Virus record (IMG/VR): IMGVR_UViG_3300035666_000007
Coordinates: 1-64,000 of that record
DNA length: 64,000 bases
DNA from: a virus
Direction: 5' to 3' (one strand)
Within the stretch, counting starts at the first letter, position 1; the number at the start of each line of letters is the position of its first letter. The translations under genes were made by a program, and so were the position numbers. The notes beneath the pieces are model-generated. The model searched no databases. It worked only from the letters and a program-made list of their open reading frames with translations, and was not told the origin of the DNA. Below, piece by piece: positions 59,762-64,000 of the stretch.

Positions 59762-59997
59762 CCGCTGCAATGCAATCAATCATGTGCGTGCGGTTGGCCA
59801 ACCGTATGCATGGGTTGATGTTGTGCTTGCGGTTGAGGACCACCATCGCGGCGGTTGATCGGGCTGTTGGTGTTAGACAATGAGAAGCATAGAGAACGTC
59901 GATTCAGCCCTGTCCACGCCTGGGTTTCTTGATCGGTCAGTCAAGGTGACGTGGACTTAGACGGTGTAGACTCAGCTCCACCACTGGGTCGCCAAAA

Positions 59998-60411
59998 ATG
60001 CCCCCTGTCCCGCCCTCCGCTGCAGATGCCGATGCTGTTGCGGTTGCAAAAACAGATGGCCATTCCGGTTTTTGCATGTTTCATCCGCTGGAAGCAAGGA
60101 AATACTTTGCGCAAATCAAGCGGCGTGAATTGATGCCTCGTGACTTTGCGGTGTTGTTTGCGGTTTTGTCGTTGTGCGATACGAAGACCGGACGGGTTCG
60201 ATTCATCATTCAAGAGCTTGGCGAAGAGTTGGGCATGCACCCCACCGTGGTTAGTAGCTCGATACGGCGACTCAAAAAGCATTTACTGATTGCCAATTGC
60301 GTGGATCCCGATGGGGACCGCTATTACTTAATCAATCCGTATTTGTTGTCGGTTGGGCGTCGGCAGCGTTGGGGATTGTTGCTGAAGCGGTTTGAGCTGG
60401 CGCTGGAATAG
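59998..60411 (+). CDS. Winged-HTH protein, RepL-like
   Basis: 'QELGEELGMHPTVVSSSIRRLKK..LI...YYLINPYLLSVG'. Confidence 0.65.
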   Translation: MPPVPPSAADADAVAVAKTDGHSGFCMFHPLEARKYFAQIKRRELMPRDFAVLFAVLSLCDTKTGRVRFIIQELGEELGMHPTVVSSSIRRLKKHLLIANCVDPDGDRYYLINPYLLSVGRRQRWGLLLKRFELALE

Positions 60412-60623
60412 CCATTCAGGTTGCCTTCATGTTTTCGCATTCACGAAAGCCATTCAGGTTGCATTCAAATGCCCCATTCACGATTTGCATTCATGAAAGC
60501 CATTCACGATGGCCATTCATGCTGCATTCACGATTTGCATTCACGATTTGCATTCACGATTTGCATTCACGAAAGCCATTCACGAAAGCCATTCACGATA
60601 TGGATTCACGAAAGCCAGTCACG
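60410..60623 (+). repeat. Tandem array, ~17 copies, mostly 13-bp period, core CATTCACGA
   Basis: Cores at 60413, 60425, 60438, 60451, 60462, 60475, 60488, 60501, 60514, 60525, 60538, 60551, 60564, 60577, 60590, 60603, 60616. Confidence 0.95.
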
Positions 60624-60694
60624 GATGCGGATGGAAACCGGGCCCGGCGGAGGACTCAGGCTTTGGAGCCGTTGTCGATCGCCCACCCGGCTTG

Positions 60695-61096
60695 ATAGTT
60701 ACAGATAGCGATTCCAGACAAATAGTTACAGATAGCGATTGTCACCTGATAGTTACAGATAGCGATTGTCACCTGATAGTTACAGATAGCAATTGTTGAT
60801 AAATAGTTACAGATAGCGATTGCTATTTAATAGTTACAGATAGCAATTGTTGCATATCAGATAGCAATTGCCAGTAAATAGTTACAGATAGCGATTGTTG
60901 GCTAATAGTTACAGATAGTAATTGTTGCTTGATAGTTACAGATAGCGATTGTTATGTGTTAGACAGCAATGACTGATCAATAGTTACAGATAGTGATTGC
61001 TAGTAAATAGTTATAGATAGTGATTGTTATTTGATAGTTACAGATAGCGATTGCTATTTGATAATAATAAATAGCGATTACTGGTAAATAGTTATC
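60695..61096 (+). repeat. Array of 19-bp direct repeats ATAGTTACAGATAG(C/T)(G/A)ATT with 8-bp variable spacers (27-bp period)
   Basis: Copies at 60695, 60722, 60749, 60776, 60803, 60830, 60878, 60905, 60932, 60980, 61007, 61034; partial or degenerate at 60858, 60961, 61061, 61088. Confidence 0.95.
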
Positions 61097-61303
61097 ACAA
61101 GCCCCGCGTTGGTGTTATCGAACACCAGCACAGTTACCGATACAATTGCCAGTACAGTTGCTAATACAGTTACCGATACAGAGGCGGAAACAGTCCGGCT
61201 GTGGTGTCACCCCTTGTTGACACCAATGGTGCGGATCGGTCCTATCCGTGGTAGGATCGGCAAAGCCGGAGGACCCCCTTTCCTCCCTCCGGCCCTTGGA
61301 CCC

Positions 61304-61933
61304 ATGACCCGCACCACCAGCACCACCACCAGCACCACGGAGCCCGCGCCCTCCGCCCTCATGGCGGAGTTGCTCGCCGCGTTCCATCAAGTCGCCGCCC
61401 AAGGCCCCAGCAAGCGCAGCAGCGCCGCCGCCGCTCCTGTCGATCCTTGGGAGGGTGTGACGCTCACCCTTGAGCAGGAGCGCGCCTTAATCAAGCTGGG
61501 TTGGCATCAGCAAGGCTGGACAGTCCGGGAGAAAGCCAGCCGCCAGGCCTTGCCGCCCCACCTAGCCAAAGCTGGCCCCCAACAGCCCGACGCCCGCAAG
61601 GTGGCGGAAGGCCTGGTAGACGTCCAGGGATTGGCCAACTGGAGCGCCTTAGGCATGATCTGCGCCCGCCTGGCTGCCTACGGCAAACTGCACGTTGGGG
61701 CCGTGGCGCAGGTCTTGGTGGCCACTGGAGCAGCCGGAGATTGGTCCGCCACGCCTGGCAAGTTTGCCTCAAAATTGGGATCCGTGTTGCGGGTGAAGAT
61801 CACGCGAACGGGAGATGGCTACTACGAAGCCACCCCAAACGGCCATCAGCCCATGCACGACGTGCTAGCCCGTATGGCCGATGGCATCCTCAAACCAGCC
61901 CAGCCCGCCAAGCCCGCCAAGCCAGCCGACTGA
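61304..61933 (+). CDS. GC-rich hypothetical protein
   Basis: ATG after extended -10 (TGGTAGGAT) and stem-loop 61265-61293. Confidence 0.6.
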   Translation: MTRTTSTTTSTTEPAPSALMAELLAAFHQVAAQGPSKRSSAAAAPVDPWEGVTLTLEQERALIKLGWHQQGWTVREKASRQALPPHLAKAGPQQPDARKVAEGLVDVQGLANWSALGMICARLAAYGKLHVGAVAQVLVATGAAGDWSATPGKFASKLGSVLRVKITRTGDGYYEATPNGHQPMHDVLARMADGILKPAQPAKPAKPAD

Positions 61934-61999
61934 CCGCGCCCACCAGGGGGAGGACGCCCCTCCCCCACCCCTCCAAACCACACCGCCGCAGCTCCATCC

Positions 62000-62197
62000 A
62001 TGAATCAAGAACTCTTCATCACCCCCAATCACACCCTCTTCATTTTCCAGCCTGTCTTTGATGGTTTTCAGGTTTCCATCCAAACGAACCACGAAAGGCC
62101 AAATGAAAGCGAACCTCTGACGCACTATGTACCAGCGAAAAAAGCCGAGCAGTTGCGATTTAGTCTCCTATTGCAAGGCGCACAAGAAATAACGTAA
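62000..62197 (+). CDS. Hypothetical protein
   Basis: 65-aa ORF. Confidence 0.45.
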   Translation: MNQELFITPNHTLFIFQPVFDGFQVSIQTNHERPNESEPLTHYVPAKKAEQLRFSLLLQGAQEIT

Positions 62198-62495
62198 TAA
62201 CTCAGTCTGGCCCGGTAGTTTGCACCCTACCGGGTCGCACCCTAAAGGTTGGAGGGGGGCAAGCCCTGCCTCCGAAGGGCAATGCGATACCCCCACCCTC
62301 AAATATTTTTTACCCATTACACCAGGCTTATACACTTAACATATTCACCACTCTCTATTTTTAACTATAAAGAGTGGTATGGCTAAAAAATTTTTTGCTC
62401 TATTTTTCTGCAAACGCTGCTTCAATGTTGCCACACGAGACTTGCCCGACTTGAAGCGATCGAGTATTGTCACGGAGTCACTGAATTGACAATCA

Positions 62496-62810
62496 ATGAA
62501 CCCGACTGGCGATCCATCGATCTCTGAGGCCATCGACCCTTGGGCGCACCGCTCTCAGAACATGCGCTGCAAGTCGTGCATGTGGTTTGCACCAAAGAAG
62601 AACGAGCAAGGCGTAATCGACATTGGGCGTTGTCGGCGTCATGCGCCAACCATGAACGGATTTCCTGTTGTGTTTGTAAATGATTGGTGCGGGGACCATA
62701 GGCTAAATGAAAATTATTCAGCCTGCGCCCTTGCTGATGGTGCAACCGTTTTGACGCCCTTGCTGATAGCGAACCCGCTTCACGGAAAGCACTCATCCGT
62801 GAGCCATTAA
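62496..62810 (+). CDS. Cys-motif protein (CxxCxWF...GxCRRHAP...P.V...DWCG)
   Basis: Conserved small phage metal-binding pattern. Confidence 0.7.
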   Translation: MNPTGDPSISEAIDPWAHRSQNMRCKSCMWFAPKKNEQGVIDIGRCRRHAPTMNGFPVVFVNDWCGDHRLNENYSACALADGATVLTPLLIANPLHGKHSSVSH

Positions 62811-62841
62811 CGCAACAATCGATCAACTATCAAATCAAAAC

Positions 62842-64000
62842 ATGGCCATGAAGTCCCCAATTGATTCACGCTTTCGTGTTGAAACTCTTAACGCAACTCT
62901 CAATCCGCAAACAACTGTTTGGTGCGCAATGCACCAAGACTACTCTGAGGAATTTGTTTTTGACGAAACTGCTCCAAGCGAGAAGCGTGCTGGCGAAATC
63001 ATCGTCAAGCGGTTGCTTTCTGGGGAGAAGGGGCATTACGGCTGCTATTCAGCTGACACTGAAGTTCTGACGGCAAATGGTTGGGTTAAGTGGCCAAATG
63101 TTGAGCCTTCAATGGCCTTGGCCGCTGTTGACATCGAAACAGGTGCAATCCGCTTCGAGCATCCGACTGGACTGCAACGCGTGCCATTTGCAGACGGGGA
63201 CAAGCTCTATTGCTTGCAGTCGCAAAAACTTGACATGGCCGTGACACAAGACCATCGCATGGCTGTTTCACACCATCACAAGAGCAATGCTTGGAGCAAT
63301 TGGCATTTCACAACTGCAGCAGAAGTTGCAGGCAGAACCGTTCGCTATAGACTCGCCGGAGAATTGCAAGAGCGCAAAATCCCCGACGACTGCCCTAGCG
63401 GCGTTGATTTGGTGCAGTTGTTCAAAATCGCTGGATTTTTCTTTGGTTATGGCTGCCGCAGCAAGAACCAAGGACCGGGTTGCTTGCGCCTTGGGCTGCG
63501 ACAAGTACGCAAAATTGCCTATCGATACAGCTATGGTTTTGATATTGAGAGCAAGCAAAGTGATCGACTTACGCTGAAAAACAGCAAGGTTGCTGAATGG
63601 GTGCATCGCCACTTTGCGACAGAGAATGGCAAGGCGATCCCATCATTTGTAATGCACTTGCCAGTTGCCTTGTTTGAAGCGTTTGCAGATGGGCTCAGGA
63701 ACAGTGATGGAACGCCCAAAGGAGCCACTTGGGCCCTCGACTCCACCGAGAAAGCCTCTCTCGATATACTGCAGGCTGCTTTTCATCTCAATGGGCAAGC
63801 GGCATCTCTGAGTCTCAATAACCCAAATGAAGACGAAGAACGCGAAAACCACACGCCAAGCTGGAGAATTCATATTTCATGTCACGAACCATTCGCACTT
63901 GCTGAAGTTGGGCAAAAAGGAGGAACCCGAGGAAGCGAACAACTGCTTCCGTATCAAGGAGATGTCTATTGCGCCACCGTGTCAACAGGTGCGCTCCTGG
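62842..64000 (+). CDS. thyX: Flavin-dependent thymidylate synthase ThyX, intein-containing, truncated by window end
   Basis: Open frame 'IDSRFRVETLNATLNPQ...AMHQDYSE...AGEIIVKRLLSGEKGHYG' matches the cyanobacterial ThyX N-terminus. Confidence 0.9.
   Translation, partial: MAMKSPIDSRFRVETLNATLNPQTTVWCAMHQDYSEEFVFDETAPSEKRAGEIIVKRLLSGEKGHYGCYSADTEVLTANGWVKWPNVEPSMALAAVDIETGAIRFEHPTGLQRVPFADGDKLYCLQSQKLDMAVTQDHRMAVSHHHKSNAWSNWHFTTAAEVAGRTVRYRLAGELQERKIPDDCPSGVDLVQLFKIAGFFFGYGCRSKNQGPGCLRLGLRQVRKIAYRYSYGFDIESKQSDRLTLKNSKVAEWVHRHFATENGKAIPSFVMHLPVALFEAFADGLRNSDGTPKGATWALDSTEKASLDILQAAFHLNGQAASLSLNNPNEDEERENHTPSWRIHISCHEPFALAEVGQKGGTRGSEQLLPYQGDVYCATVSTGALL
63043..64000 (+). mobile_element. Intein with LAGLIDADG homing endonuclease domain in thyX
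   Basis: Block A 'CYSADTEVLTANGW', B 'VTQDHRM', C 'IAGFFFGYG', E 'FADGLRNSDG', H 'LDILQ', F 'DVYCATVSTGALL'. Confidence 0.92.

Noticed and set aside
60421-60799. Three short ORFs over the repeat arrays
   Set aside because: Open frames are a by-product of the repeats and show no protein-like content
60695-61096. CRISPR array
   Set aside because: Spacers are only 8 bp and resemble one another, the repeat is 19 bp, and no cas genes are present
62861-63873. Short ORFs listed in this interval
   Set aside because: All overlap the continuous thyX-intein frame starting at 62842
1-64000. tRNA, rRNA, integrase, reverse transcriptase/DGR or base-modification (e.g. purZ) genes
   Set aside because: No supporting motifs seen by eye; tRNAscan-SE and HMM searches would be needed to exclude them formally

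Overview
A 64-kb segment of a tailed dsDNA phage, most likely infecting a picocyanobacterium (Synechococcus/Cyanobium-like). The host call rests on a cyanobacterial-type RpoD sigma factor, a cyAbrB-type regulator and a cyanobacterial-type ThyX. Layout: (1) 1-3.1 kb (+), end of the tail genes and a lysis module. (2) 3.1-11.3 kb (-), sigma factor, dCTP deaminase, MazG-like NTP-PPase, AbrB, RusA, dNMP kinase, SSB, PD-(D/E)xK exonuclease and ERF. (3) 12-43 kb (mostly -), dozens of small mosaic genes around a replication module (HTH initiator, DnaB, Zn-finger protein), an AEP/Rep-like gene and an orphan Panacea antitoxin. Many of the small genes are joined by a conserved 18-bp stop/RBS/start junction and share in-frame linker modules. 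(4) 45-58 kb (+), a probable early region with seven homologous sigma70 promoter cassettes, six of them followed by a stem-loop. (5) 59-62.4 kb, a putative small terminase, a RepL-like HTH gene and two different periodic repeat arrays (13-bp and 27-bp periods) flanking a GC-rich palindrome, which is a candidate packaging site or origin. (6) thyX interrupted by a LAGLIDADG intein that runs off the window end. Several genes carry single-base lesions, which could be sequencing error or decay. All product calls come from motif recognition by eye; no searches were run.
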